From IMG/VR virus record IMGVR_UViG_3300021978_000001, positions 192,001 through 256,000 of that record: DNA of 64,000 nt. One strand, 5' to 3'. The notes beneath the pieces are model-generated. The model saw only the letters and a program-made list of their open reading frames with translations, searched no databases and was not told the DNA's origin. This document shows, in pieces, positions 21,929 to 31,252 of this stretch; within the stretch, counting starts at the first letter, position 1, and each line of letters begins with the position of its first letter. Both the position numbers and the translations under genes were made by a program. This DNA is from a virus (lineage: Duplodnaviria > Caudoviricetes).

Positions 21929-22921
21929 TCATGGATAGAAATAGGTCAAGAAGTTTTGCGGATGCCATGCACGATGCACTCGCCGCTCACAAGGCAATAG
22001 CTTTTCCAAAAGGCATTCTAAAGCCTCGCCCGAAAAGATTTCCGATTCGCTGAATCGGGCCACGCTATACCCTTTCCCTAAAAACAACTGATCACTCATG
22101 GCATCATGATGAGCCTTAACTACAGGGTCTACAAAGACGGTATTAGGCCCATGGAAAGCCTCACCATCACATTGCACTACAAGACAAGCGCCGCCCTGCG
22201 TTTCCAAAAGAAGATCAGCCTCTCTAACAATACGAGAGCTACCTTGTCCAAATGTAAACCAAGCATTCCTCCTCTTGATGAGGATCTGTTCTTCTTGCAG
22301 TTGAGCAACCAGGTGAGCTTCCAAAGAAGACGAGCTACATAAGCGCCCGAAATGCGCATCACGTTCGTCTTCAGTCAGATTCAACCACCACTCGCGAGCA
22401 CCTGAATGTGCTGCCTCAAGCGAACGCTGCGTGCCTTGTATCACTAACGCATCGTAATCCTCTTGCGTGTAAAAGGACAGGAAGCAGGATTTCAAGTAAG
22501 AGTAGCCCAACTTAAAGTGACCCATAGCATCCCTAATACCATTAGAAGCTATATAATCTGCGAAGACTTTGCGATCTAGTCGAGCAGGCTTTATACCAGA
22601 AAATCGTTGCAAGGGGTACTTGATGGGAGTCAGGGTAAGCGCTTCGTAGGCTCTTTTACCCAAAGAAGCCTTCAGCGCTACACAACGAGGGCATTGTTTT
22701 CGTTGCGATTGACTTTTATCTTCAACTTCCCATACGCTGGAGCACTTGCGGCATGTGAGCTGTTTACGGTATTGCGCCGTCCACAACATCCATTCTTCTT
22801 GTAATGCCACATGCGCATCGTCTGTAGCAGATACCAAGTGATTGACCCACGAGTACACACTGCGGAGAGGAGCATCGCATACGCTACAGCAACCAGGAAA
22901 TAAGTGAGAAGTTTTTGACAT
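21929..22921 (-). CDS. free-standing homing-type endonuclease (zinc ribbons + Vsr/DUF559-like nuclease domain)
   Basis: CSVC, CRKC, CPRC; C-terminal EADLLL..VVQCDGEAFHG..D..GYSVARFSE; visibly more AT-rich than flanks. Confidence 0.7.
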   Translation of the reverse strand: MSKTSHLFPGCCSVCDAPLRSVYSWVNHLVSATDDAHVALQEEWMLWTAQYRKQLTCRKCSSVWEVEDKSQSQRKQCPRCVALKASLGKRAYEALTLTPIKYPLQRFSGIKPARLDRKVFADYIASNGIRDAMGHFKLGYSYLKSCFLSFYTQEDYDALVIQGTQRSLEAAHSGAREWWLNLTEDERDAHFGRLCSSSSLEAHLVAQLQEEQILIKRRNAWFTFGQGSSRIVREADLLLETQGGACLVVQCDGEAFHGPNTVFVDPVVKAHHDAMSDQLFLGKGYSVARFSESEIFSGEALECLLEKLLPCERRVHRAWHPQNFLTYFYP

Positions 22922-22925
22922 AGCC

Positions 22926-24284
22926 TTAATAAGTGATGTTAGACCATACAGGCGTCCGTCCACGCTCTTCGATGCCATCTGGTGGCTCATCCGTACAATC
23001 ATCGCCGGTCTTGTCCGTGATCATCGGATAGCGCACGGCATCATCCGCGTCATCCCAGAGCCACGGACGCGTCTCAGGGAACGCGAGCGTGTCTGTTCCC
23101 ATCACTGGCACCTGGTAGCGAATGTCATGCTTATCGAGCAAGTTCACCGTGAAATGTTGCTGGAGGACGTTACCACGGTTGGTAGGCAAGCGCACCGGAC
23201 CGACCGAATAGCGATCCCCGTTGAGCTTGACGAAAAAGTCTCGCTGACTGAGCAACGGACGAGGCCCTGTCCACACATCGTAGCGCATCTCTTCGTAGCG
23301 TCCACGGTCCGTCTGGCGAATCTGCCGTTCGGTATCAGGAGGCGCGAGCAAAACCTCGTAAGGGCCTTCGTAGCCCCCGAGGATGCCCGTACCGAAGCAG
23401 CTCGGGCAATCATTGCGTGGATGAGGATCATTATACTGATTGCGACACCCACAAGGGACACCCTGGTATTTATGGATGAACATCTTGACGCGCTCGCCAC
23501 CCTGGTCGATCATCCAACGGTTGCGGCGAATCGCCTCGCGCCAGATGTAGTCCAGGTTCTCCATCTGGTGAATGTGACGCGATTGCGTCCACTGCAAGGG
23601 CGTCTCCTTGGTGTCCCCATCCCAGGAGTCGATACCGACCGTCGTGACGCGCCAGAAGGCGCGCTTGAAGAGGTCGAACTGGAGGCGATTCGAGTTGTAG
23701 GTGTAATCCACCGTCACCGTCGAATCCGGGAAAGGTAGCACAGGCTCGAAGCGCTCGTTCGTGCGTGGGTCGATCGTGTATGCCGTCTGGAGCACAACCT
23801 CTCCCGTCTCCCCATAAACCTTGGCGGGGCGTACCTGTTGGCCATCAATCGTGACGACCACATCATCCGGGCTATCCGCGAACGTGCGCGGGAACCCTGG
23901 CTTGATGATCGGGAAGTTGGCCGTCTTGAACGTCCAGTTATCCGCCTCATCTCCGCGCGAAAGGAAGCTCCCGGAGACGTCTTCTCCCACCACAGCCTGT
24001 TGGGTGGTTTCATCGCGGTAGTACGTGGCGCCGATGGGGTTGATGTTCAAGCGATCGAAAGGCCCGAACTCCGAGTCAAAGCTACGGTAGATGTTGACTC
24101 CGAGGATCTCGAAATCGTTGTTGTTCGGCAACAGAGCAGGATCATCCCAGTACAAGTCCACCGTGGGGAACTCGTGCTGGGCATCGAAGGCGAACTGCAC
24201 GTTGAAATTCAACGGCTGTACGGGGAAGCTGGGGTTTACCCGCTCCTTGACGGTGGTCCGTCTATCGCGTGGTCCTGCGGCCAT
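22926..24284 (-). CDS. putative head-closure/neck protein with N-terminal FN3/beta modules and a zinc finger
   Basis: WREAIRRNRW..GGERVKMF..CGC..CPSCFGTGILGGY; position in neck cluster. Confidence 0.65.
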   Translation of the reverse strand: MAAGPRDRRTTVKERVNPSFPVQPLNFNVQFAFDAQHEFPTVDLYWDDPALLPNNNDFEILGVNIYRSFDSEFGPFDRLNINPIGATYYRDETTQQAVVGEDVSGSFLSRGDEADNWTFKTANFPIIKPGFPRTFADSPDDVVVTIDGQQVRPAKVYGETGEVVLQTAYTIDPRTNERFEPVLPFPDSTVTVDYTYNSNRLQFDLFKRAFWRVTTVGIDSWDGDTKETPLQWTQSRHIHQMENLDYIWREAIRRNRWMIDQGGERVKMFIHKYQGVPCGCRNQYNDPHPRNDCPSCFGTGILGGYEGPYEVLLAPPDTERQIRQTDRGRYEEMRYDVWTGPRPLLSQRDFFVKLNGDRYSVGPVRLPTNRGNVLQQHFTVNLLDKHDIRYQVPVMGTDTLAFPETRPWLWDDADDAVRYPMITDKTGDDCTDEPPDGIEERGRTPVWSNITY

Positions 24285-24338
24285 GCGTGATCATCTCCTC
24301 GAAGGTACCAGAATACGTTGAGAAACGCGCGCGCGAGC

Positions 24339-24776
24339 TTATGCAGGCTCGGCACGCGCGAGCTTGATAATAATCGCGCCAACTCGCGCCTCACCCTCCA
24401 CACTTTTCAGGCGCAGAAGAGGAGGAATCTTACCCCGCAATGCCTTTTCGAGATCTTCGGCCATACCCCAAGCCTGTCCCATGGCCTTTTGACTGTATCC
24501 CCGCATGGGCTTACGATAACTGAGCCAGATCTCGATAGTCTTTGTGCCCAGGTCTGAGGTAGAACGCAACACCTTGACAGGCATGGCCCTCTCCGCAGCA
24601 TCCCAAACTTTACGGACAGCCATGCCCAACTCACCCTCATCTGCAAGCTCCCTGTACGTGCGCTGATTCTCAGGGTACGCTTGTTTATCAAGGTGAGCGA
24701 TCACAGGCTTGAGGTTCTTACGAAGATCAGGATTCGCGGTCCCGAGACGAATGAGCGCTTGCTTGAGGTCTGACAT
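24339..24776 (-). CDS. leader-tagged protein 1 (MSDLKQALIRLGTANPDLRKNLKPVIAHLDKQA + unique cargo)
   Basis: Shared N-terminal tag; start re-assigned to ATG 24776. Confidence 0.8.
   Translation of the reverse strand: MSDLKQALIRLGTANPDLRKNLKPVIAHLDKQAYPENQRTYRELADEGELGMAVRKVWDAAERAMPVKVLRSTSDLGTKTIEIWLSYRKPMRGYSQKAMGQAWGMAEDLEKALRGKIPPLLRLKSVEGEARVGAIIIKLARAEPA
24697..24713. repeat. 17-nt exact repeat GCGATCACAGGCTTGAG, copy 1 of 5
   Basis: Identical at 24697, 29591, 38856, 44872 and 54061; encodes LKPVIA on the minus strand. Confidence 0.9.
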
Positions 24777-24804
24777 CTGAGTCCCTTGGTTAATACATGA
24801 GAAA

Positions 24805-24831
24805 AGGCACGATGCCTTACACATCGTGCCT
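24805..24831. other. perfect 10-bp stem-loop (possible terminator or 5' UTR hairpin)
   Basis: aggcacgatg-ccttaca-catcgtgcct; preceded on the minus strand by CTTATAT and followed by TTT. Confidence 0.6.
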
Positions 24832-24872
24832 CAAATATAAGTGCATCATCACCAGACGTTTAGCGCTTGCTG

Positions 24873-25376
24873 TCAGCGCTTGCGCACAAGCACGACACGA
24901 TCAGGAACAGCGTTGACATCCGACTTGTAGTGGATCGTGTTGCGTGACATATCCATCTCAAGCGTCCCCAGCCTCTTGCCTCCTCGACTCAGCTTCACCA
25001 CAAGCAGGGTGCCAGAGGGGTACAGGTTGGACGAAGCCACGGTGCGCTGATCGTACACGACCGTCACCAGCGCAGGCTTCGGCAGGGTCGCGCGATAAAG
25101 GACGAGCTTGTCGCCCTTGGACGCTCCTGTGAGGACACCTCGGATCTGACCCGTGAGGTAGGGCTGAACGGTTTGCTTGTAGAACGTGCGATCCTTCGTC
25201 TCGATCTCACGCTCAAGCTCCAGCACCCGGTTAACATCCCCACTCGAAAGCGCTGCACGAAGCTCCCCAAACATCTCGTTGGGGTCGATGATCGAGGAGA
25301 GCACGGCCTTGATATGTGGCCGCAATGCGGGGTTCGCATTGCCCAGGCGGATGAGTTTTTGTTTCAATTCGGACAT
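24873..25376 (-). CDS. leader-tagged protein 2
   Basis: MSELKQKLIRLGNANPALRPHIKAVLSSI. Confidence 0.8.
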   Translation of the reverse strand: MSELKQKLIRLGNANPALRPHIKAVLSSIIDPNEMFGELRAALSSGDVNRVLELEREIETKDRTFYKQTVQPYLTGQIRGVLTGASKGDKLVLYRATLPKPALVTVVYDQRTVASSNLYPSGTLLVVKLSRGGKRLGTLEMDMSRNTIHYKSDVNAVPDRVVLVRKR

Positions 25377-25421
25377 GACAGCCTCTTTGCAAAGGGTGAA
25401 GAGAAGAGTCGTAACCAGGCT

Positions 25422-25805
25422 TCAAGCCATGACAAGGCTTACCTGGTCTTCAGGGGTCAGGAAGTATGCAAAGCCATAGCGGTCTCGCTGAAACGCAGCA
25501 CCGATCATGTACGCTCCAAGCTCCATGACCGCTTCATCAGGCAAGTGCATGAAGATCGCCTCTTGCTCCTGGTAGTCATCCTGTGGCCAAGTGTACCAGA
25601 CCGTGCGACCAGTTGCCAACGTTTCAGAGAACATGACGAGACGCTCGGAAACCACTTCTTCAAGGTAGAGATAGACATCCTGGTGTTCGGTGAAGGCTTC
25701 ACGACGCTGACGCTGGGCTCGGGAGCCGAGCGGGACGTAGTAGAACGTGAAGTGAGAATGCGTGGAGGGCGTAAACGTATACAGTGAAGTAGGCTTGGTC
25801 CACAT
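25422..25805 (-). CDS. hypothetical protein, 127 aa (no leader)
   Basis: ATG with GAGGGG RBS. Confidence 0.6.
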   Translation of the reverse strand: MWTKPTSLYTFTPSTHSHFTFYYVPLGSRAQRQRREAFTEHQDVYLYLEEVVSERLVMFSETLATGRTVWYTWPQDDYQEQEAIFMHLPDEAVMELGAYMIGAAFQRDRYGFAYFLTPEDQVSLVMA

Positions 25806-25903
25806 GATCCCCTCGTCGGATATAGGTTGCCTGGATCAGCAAGTCTCAGGTCCGTATGACCTGGGAACACCTACAGAGAGGATGAGTGGATTAACGCCGA
25901 AAC

Positions 25904-26329
25904 TCAGCGGCGCAGCAACCGAAAGAGCCCCTCGGGACGATGCCTCGTCAGGTCTATTTCCCCGATGGTGCGCATCTTGAGGTCGTCCACGAAGATCTCC
26001 TCGACTTCATCCTGCGGCGCAGTGGCAAAACCCGTGTTGTTGTATAGCGAAAGGTAAAAACCCTCCCCTCCTGGACCGAACACCTCATGCGTGTAACCCC
26101 TACCCTGCGGACTATCTCCTCGATAGATCCCCCCACCACGAGCGATCTCATATATCTCGGTGCCCGTACCAAGGGCCTTCTCGATTATCCTTGTGATTTG
26201 AGCAAACGTAGGGAGCGCGGCTGCGTGCCTGTGCTGCGTGCTCAGGTGCGCAATAACGGGCTTGAGGTGACGACGAAGGTCAGGATTGGCATTCCCGAGA
26301 CGGATGAGCTGAGTCTTGAGATCGGACAT
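25904..26329 (-). CDS. leader-tagged protein 3
   Basis: MSDLKTQLIRLGNANPDLRRHLKPVIAHL; start re-assigned to ATG 26329. Confidence 0.8.
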   Translation of the reverse strand: MSDLKTQLIRLGNANPDLRRHLKPVIAHLSTQHRHAAALPTFAQITRIIEKALGTGTEIYEIARGGGIYRGDSPQGRGYTHEVFGPGGEGFYLSLYNNTGFATAPQDEVEEIFVDDLKMRTIGEIDLTRHRPEGLFRLLRR

Positions 26330-26369
26330 GGAAGGTCTCCCGGTTGGAGGTTGAGGAGTTAGAAACGAC

Positions 26370-27152
26370 TTAACGCCCATCCCACCTGCGCGCAGCGCGG
26401 TCGATGACGTCTTGCAGCAGGGCCATGAACGTGTTGACATGCTTGGTCAGGAGCTTCATGTCTGCGCGTTCGTCTCCCGTCAGCTCGATGCGGCGCGAAC
26501 CAGTCGTTCCATCCTGGAACCAGGCAGAAACCGTCACGGTGTTCGGGAAGCGAGGAGAGAACTCAAGAAGCACCCACTCGCGCCTTCCACCAATCTGATA
26601 GTTCAGCGCCTCGCGCGAACTCTCGTAGGCATCGTAATCGAGGCGTTCCTTGGCGCGCACGCGCTCCATGAGACGCTTCACATATGCCGGGTCCGCATCG
26701 CTCGCGGTGCGCGTGAGCTGCGCGAGCACAGGAGTGATGTGGGGCCGCAATTCGGGGTGAAGGTTTCCGATGCGGACAAGCGCGTCACCGAGAGATGCGC
26801 TCTTGCTCTGCATCGCAGCGACCATATCCTCGAACACCTGCTTGATCTTGTTGTAGACCCCCTGGAGGTCCGAGCTGTTGTGCGTGATCTTGATGCGAGT
26901 ACGCCCCAGAAGATACCGCGCGGCCTGGTCGAACGCGTCCGCAATGACCACCTCATCTTCCTTCAACCACACATCCGTGGTGCCACGAATACCATCCACG
27001 AGCACTTGCCGCCTCGCAGATTTCGATCCTGTGCCACGGTAGTTTTGCTTGACCGAGGTGGCGCCCACATCCCGCTTCAGATCTCGAAGTTTACGAGAGA
27101 GCTTGGTGTTGAACTCGCCGGGGTCCATGTTTGCTATGCGTGTAAGATTCAT
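26370..27152 (-). CDS. two-domain protein with an internal copy of the leader
   Basis: aa ~117-151 KSAS-LGDALVRIGNLHPELRPHITPVLAQL-TRTAS. Confidence 0.8.
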   Translation of the reverse strand: MNLTRIANMDPGEFNTKLSRKLRDLKRDVGATSVKQNYRGTGSKSARRQVLVDGIRGTTDVWLKEDEVVIADAFDQAARYLLGRTRIKITHNSSDLQGVYNKIKQVFEDMVAAMQSKSASLGDALVRIGNLHPELRPHITPVLAQLTRTASDADPAYVKRLMERVRAKERLDYDAYESSREALNYQIGGRREWVLLEFSPRFPNTVTVSAWFQDGTTGSRRIELTGDERADMKLLTKHVNTFMALLQDVIDRAARRWDGR

Positions 27153-27176
27153 GTCGCTTTCTCCAATGGAAAGGGC

Positions 27177-28067
27177 TCAGATGCCCAGGAATTTGCGTGG
27201 AGTGAGGCTTCCGTTACCCGTCACAGGGCCGAAAGACGAGCGCACACCCAAACCATAGCGAGACTGACGAAGCCCTCGCATGTACTTGACCGTGCGCTGC
27301 TTGCCGTCAGTCATCATCTTCTCGAACTGCTGCTCTGCGTTCTGCTTGAGCGACTCGTATTTCGAGCTGCGTTCGATCGAGAGACTGACACCACCAATAC
27401 TGTAATCGAACTCGTCCGCGATCCAGTTGAACGTCAGCGCCATGGCTGCCATCGCCATGGCGCCCGTGATCACCCAGGGAATCCAGTTGCGTTGACCCGC
27501 GACCATGGCGTTGACATCCGGGAAGCCTGTAGCAGGAGGATAGGAGTTGATGAGCAAGACCGACTGGTCGAGGTACTCCAACAACTCCTCATCCTCCCAG
27601 ATGTAGGCGAAGACACGGTTGAACTGATTGACCGTCCCCGAGGAGGTCGGAGGGCGGAAGTGGTAGTTGCGATCCGGGTTGTTATCACGTAGACGAATCC
27701 GCAGGCGCCGGATCATGTCCAGCTCGGTCGCGGTGAACGTCACGAGCTGCAAGGTGGACGGCTCGACGATCTCGAACTCTTCGAGCACCGTATTCACCGG
27801 GTCCCCTGCATTTTCGGTGATCGACCACCGGATGCGATACAGCCCATACGCCACGTTCTCAGGAACCTGGAAGTGTGCGTAATACTGCCCCACACCCGTG
27901 CGCACAGGATCACGCGCCGCTGGACCGATCAAGACCTCGGAGCCTGTTGTCACATCATACAGGGCATACGTGATCTCGAACGGGTCCACCGGCTGGTTGG
28001 CGCCGTCGAGAACCTCGATGTCCAGGTCTGTAGGCTCGGTGATCGAACCCCGGGTGAGTTGCAGCAT
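27177..28067 (-). CDS. putative head-tail adaptor (neck) protein with N-terminal Ig-like domain
   Basis: N-terminal beta-sandwich (GVGQYYAHF..YRIRW); C-terminal IWEDEELLEYL..EFDYSIGGVSLSI..SKY. Confidence 0.6.
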   Translation of the reverse strand: MLQLTRGSITEPTDLDIEVLDGANQPVDPFEITYALYDVTTGSEVLIGPAARDPVRTGVGQYYAHFQVPENVAYGLYRIRWSITENAGDPVNTVLEEFEIVEPSTLQLVTFTATELDMIRRLRIRLRDNNPDRNYHFRPPTSSGTVNQFNRVFAYIWEDEELLEYLDQSVLLINSYPPATGFPDVNAMVAGQRNWIPWVITGAMAMAAMALTFNWIADEFDYSIGGVSLSIERSSKYESLKQNAEQQFEKMMTDGKQRTVKYMRGLRQSRYGLGVRSSFGPVTGNGSLTPRKFLGI

Positions 28068-28079
28068 GACGGTCGCCTA

Positions 28080-29207
28080 TCAGAAGTGGTCTTTCTTGAC
28101 GTACTTGACCTGGTTCGCCAACTCGTCGAAGTCATCTTCGATGTCCTCGAACTCCTGATAGATGCGGCGGTCCTCGATCTCGTCGATCCACTTCGCGCCT
28201 TCACGGGAGAGGTCGAGGAACATCTTCTCGACCTTGGCCAACATGGAACTCGAAAGGTCACGTTCCATCTCGCGGCGTGCCTGGTCGAGCTTGCGCATCC
28301 ATCCCTTGGCGTTGGGCAGATCACGCTCATAGCGCTTGAGAGCCTTGCCATAGTGCTTGAGGACATTCTCGAAGAATCCCCAGACCTCCTCGAACGCGCC
28401 TTCGGCCTTGCGAGCTTTCTCACGCTCGACGCTCTCTTCGAGGTCCGACGACATGTTGTCCTGGATCTTGCGGTAAGCGTCTTTGACTTCCTTGCCGACC
28501 TCACGCATGACCTTACCACCATCCTCGAACAAGGACTCGAAGGTGCGTGCATCACCACCGTGACCGCTCAGGTCCATATACATCTCGTAAGAGAAGTCAC
28601 TCATCTCCTTGAGCGCTTCCTCGATGAACTGAGGCGCGGACGCATCCATCTCCACGATGTCTGCGGGCTTTGGCATGTCGGGGGCGAGGTCAAGCTCGGG
28701 AGCTGCCATGTCAGGCGTGTTCAGGAGAGCATCCTGCATCTGGTATCGAGGCGAATCACGTAGCGCGCGATCCTGTTCGAGCTGCTGCTTGGTGACAAAG
28801 GGGTGTCCCTTCGCATAGAACCTGCCCCACTTGACGTTCTCTGCGTTCTTGGGGTCGAGCGCATACTCTCGAAGCGCTTGCTCGACCTTGTGCGCGAACG
28901 CGCTGAAAGCGTTGAGCGTCTTGAAGGTGACCTCACCGTGCAAGCCGTCACGATACTCCTTGGAGTAGTTCTGCTCGAACGCGATGTCGATCAAGCCCTC
29001 GATGAGCTGGTTGTTGATGCCAGGCCCAACATAGCTCCGCGCATCAGCAACACGACGGTTCAAGAGGTTTGCCTGGACGCGTCGCTTCTGACCACGCAAC
29101 ACCACCTGTTGTGGCGTGAAAGTCAACGTCGCGATGATGGGCTTGAGGCTTTGACGAAGCTCGGGAGTCTTGGTCCCGAGACGGATGAGCTGCTTACGGA
29201 TGTTCAT
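28080..29207 (-). CDS. leader-tagged protein 5 (375 aa, acidic helical cargo)
   Basis: MNIRKQLIRLGTKTPELRQSLKPIIATL. Confidence 0.8.
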   Translation of the reverse strand: MNIRKQLIRLGTKTPELRQSLKPIIATLTFTPQQVVLRGQKRRVQANLLNRRVADARSYVGPGINNQLIEGLIDIAFEQNYSKEYRDGLHGEVTFKTLNAFSAFAHKVEQALREYALDPKNAENVKWGRFYAKGHPFVTKQQLEQDRALRDSPRYQMQDALLNTPDMAAPELDLAPDMPKPADIVEMDASAPQFIEEALKEMSDFSYEMYMDLSGHGGDARTFESLFEDGGKVMREVGKEVKDAYRKIQDNMSSDLEESVEREKARKAEGAFEEVWGFFENVLKHYGKALKRYERDLPNAKGWMRKLDQARREMERDLSSSMLAKVEKMFLDLSREGAKWIDEIEDRRIYQEFEDIEDDFDELANQVKYVKKDHF

Positions 29208-29244
29208 GTCAGGGTTCTCCCGAGCTTGAGGTTAAGGGGTAACT

Positions 29245-29667
29245 TCACGCTTTTGCGAGCGCTGCCTTTGCGAGCTGATCAAGGAGACGCGTCGCGTTCC
29301 CCATATCATCTTCACCCACCTTGGTGGTCTTGTACGTGCGACGTACCTCGTTGGTGACCACGGTCACTTCGGCCTCGAAAGTGAGGTCGTAGTTATCGAG
29401 GAACACGACCGCGCTTACCGTGCGGCCTTCTCCCGAAGGGATACGCACGGACACTGTAGCGGTCTCCACGATCACATCACGAGCGGACGCGCCCATGGCC
29501 TTGCGCAGATACTCCCCTGCGGCGTTGAGCCATGCGCTGGTCGCAGCGAGCATAGGGTCACCTTGGCGACGCGCTTGCTTGTCGAGGTGAGCGATCACAG
29601 GCTTGAGGTCCTGGCGAAGATCAGGATTGGCGTTCCCGAGACGGATGAGTTGTGCTTTGAGGTTCAT
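29245..29667 (-). CDS. leader-tagged protein 6
   Basis: MNLKAQLIRLGNANPDLRQDLKPVIAHLDKQA. Confidence 0.85.
   Translation of the reverse strand: MNLKAQLIRLGNANPDLRQDLKPVIAHLDKQARRQGDPMLAATSAWLNAAGEYLRKAMGASARDVIVETATVSVRIPSGEGRTVSAVVFLDNYDLTFEAEVTVVTNEVRRTYKTTKVGEDDMGNATRLLDQLAKAALAKA
29591..29607. repeat. 17-nt exact repeat, copy 2 of 5
   Basis: GCGATCACAGGCTTGAG. Confidence 0.9.
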
Positions 29668-29677
29668 CGACGGTCTC

Positions 29678-29911
29678 CTAAAGGTGACAAAGGCGCTTGA
29701 GGTTGCGAATCTCGTTGGTCAAGGTCAGCGCGCTGACTTCACCGCGACCCGAGAAGTAGTTGTTCTTGTGCTCTCGAAGCTCGTCCACATTCTCGAACAC
29801 GAAGTAGGTCTTCGAGCCAGAACGCGCCGCTTCCAAGAAAGGCACATCAATGGCCTTGAGGTAAGCAGCGAAGTAGAGATCCGAGGTACGATAATCATGG
29901 TACACATCCAT
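29678..29911 (-). CDS. small DUF5659-like phage protein
   Basis: YRTSDLYFAAYLKA motif. Confidence 0.6.
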   Translation of the reverse strand: MDVYHDYRTSDLYFAAYLKAIDVPFLEAARSGSKTYFVFENVDELREHKNNYFSGRGEVSALTLTNEIRNLKRLCHL

Positions 29912-29937
29912 GCCACAACTCCCACTGTATGAATCGA

Positions 29938-30387
29938 TTATACGATGCGGACTTCGAGCCCGGTCCCTGCGACGCCACGCAAGTGGTTCTTGATCTCCTC
30001 TTCCGTGAGATGCCCTGCGACCTTGGCGAACGCGAAGGAAGCCTGGACGTACACGGTGGAGCCGTCTGCGCCCACATGATGGAGCTTGAGCGATTCAGGC
30101 TGCGCATACCCCGGGAGAGTCTTGAGCGTGTCGAGCACCTTGACAACCTGACGGTTGTAGCTGTCCGCAAACTTCGCGAGGCCGTTGACGTCGTACATCT
30201 CATCGGGCTTGAGGTACAAGCGGACAAAGAACGACACAGCCCAGGAATCACGACCCCTGGTGAGCATGAGACGACGCGTAGGACCTGCGGCTTGACGCTG
30301 CAATTCGGCATGCACCGCGCGAAGATCCGAGGCAAGCTCGGGGTGACGCTTCGCGAGCGTGGCGATGCGTTGGAGAAGATCAGACAT
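29938..30387 (-). CDS. leader-tagged protein 7 (divergent tag)
   Basis: MSDLLQRIATLAKRHPELASDLRAVHAELQRQAA; start re-assigned to ATG 30387. Confidence 0.7.
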   Translation of the reverse strand: MSDLLQRIATLAKRHPELASDLRAVHAELQRQAAGPTRRLMLTRGRDSWAVSFFVRLYLKPDEMYDVNGLAKFADSYNRQVVKVLDTLKTLPGYAQPESLKLHHVGADGSTVYVQASFAFAKVAGHLTEEEIKNHLRGVAGTGLEVRIV

Positions 30388-30534
30388 GGGTGTTCCTCGA
30401 ACAGAAGAGCCGCGAGGCAGCGCTGGACAGTACGAGGGTTGATCCTCGGGAGGACCATGACACTCACCATAGTCCGGGCGCTGCCTCAACGGCTCTTTTT
30501 GATTGGTTTGGTAAGACACGAGACCTTCAATGCA

Positions 30535-31215
30535 TCAAAGGCACGCCAGGGGATCGAACGTGATCATCCTGCCCTTTACAGAAGCTCCAGGACAGTTCAA
30601 GCCTGCGAGGAACTCTTGAGGGTCCGTGATGGTGTCCGCATCCAGGAAGCCCTTCATCATCCCCGAGCGTTGCTTCAGGTTCCAAAGAGAGTGATTGTGC
30701 GTGCGATCTCCCCATGCGATGATCTTTTGCATAAGCTCGGGGAACCATAGACCCGTCGTCAGGTCAATCTTGACCTCGACGACTTCCACTCTGTTTTCAC
30801 CGAGCGGGGCCGTGGTCTTTTTCTCGCTAAGGATCTTCCCGTAGACCGTCTCGATCGTACCACGCTGCTTATCATACTGCGCGTACACCGTGCTCGTGAG
30901 AGGCTTGGAGACGATCTGAGAGGTATAGATAACGCGTGATCCCGAGACCTTTACCGAGTTCGGAGACGCGAACGTCAAGCCAGGCACAGTCGGGTAGTCG
31001 TACTGGATTTTGTTATCTCGACGCGACAAAACGCCCTGAGCGACTTGAGGTGCAGAGCGAATCAGCTCACGCAGATACACGCCCCACTCCCTGGAGCTTC
31101 GCGAAGCCTGTGCCTGGCGACTCTTCGTCAAGTAGGTGAGTACCCTCTTGAGATGAGGCCGAAGCTCGGGGTGTGCATTCCCGAGCTTGATCAGGTGTTG
31201 TTTCAAATCAGACAT
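30535..31215 (-). CDS. leader-tagged protein 8
   Basis: MSDLKQHLIKLGNAHPELRPHLKRVLTYLTKSRQA. Confidence 0.8.
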   Translation of the reverse strand: MSDLKQHLIKLGNAHPELRPHLKRVLTYLTKSRQAQASRSSREWGVYLRELIRSAPQVAQGVLSRRDNKIQYDYPTVPGLTFASPNSVKVSGSRVIYTSQIVSKPLTSTVYAQYDKQRGTIETVYGKILSEKKTTAPLGENRVEVVEVKIDLTTGLWFPELMQKIIAWGDRTHNHSLWNLKQRSGMMKGFLDADTITDPQEFLAGLNCPGASVKGRMITFDPLACL

Positions 31216-31252
31216 CGCAAGTCTCCAGGGAGAAAGGGGAAGAGAAAACAGA

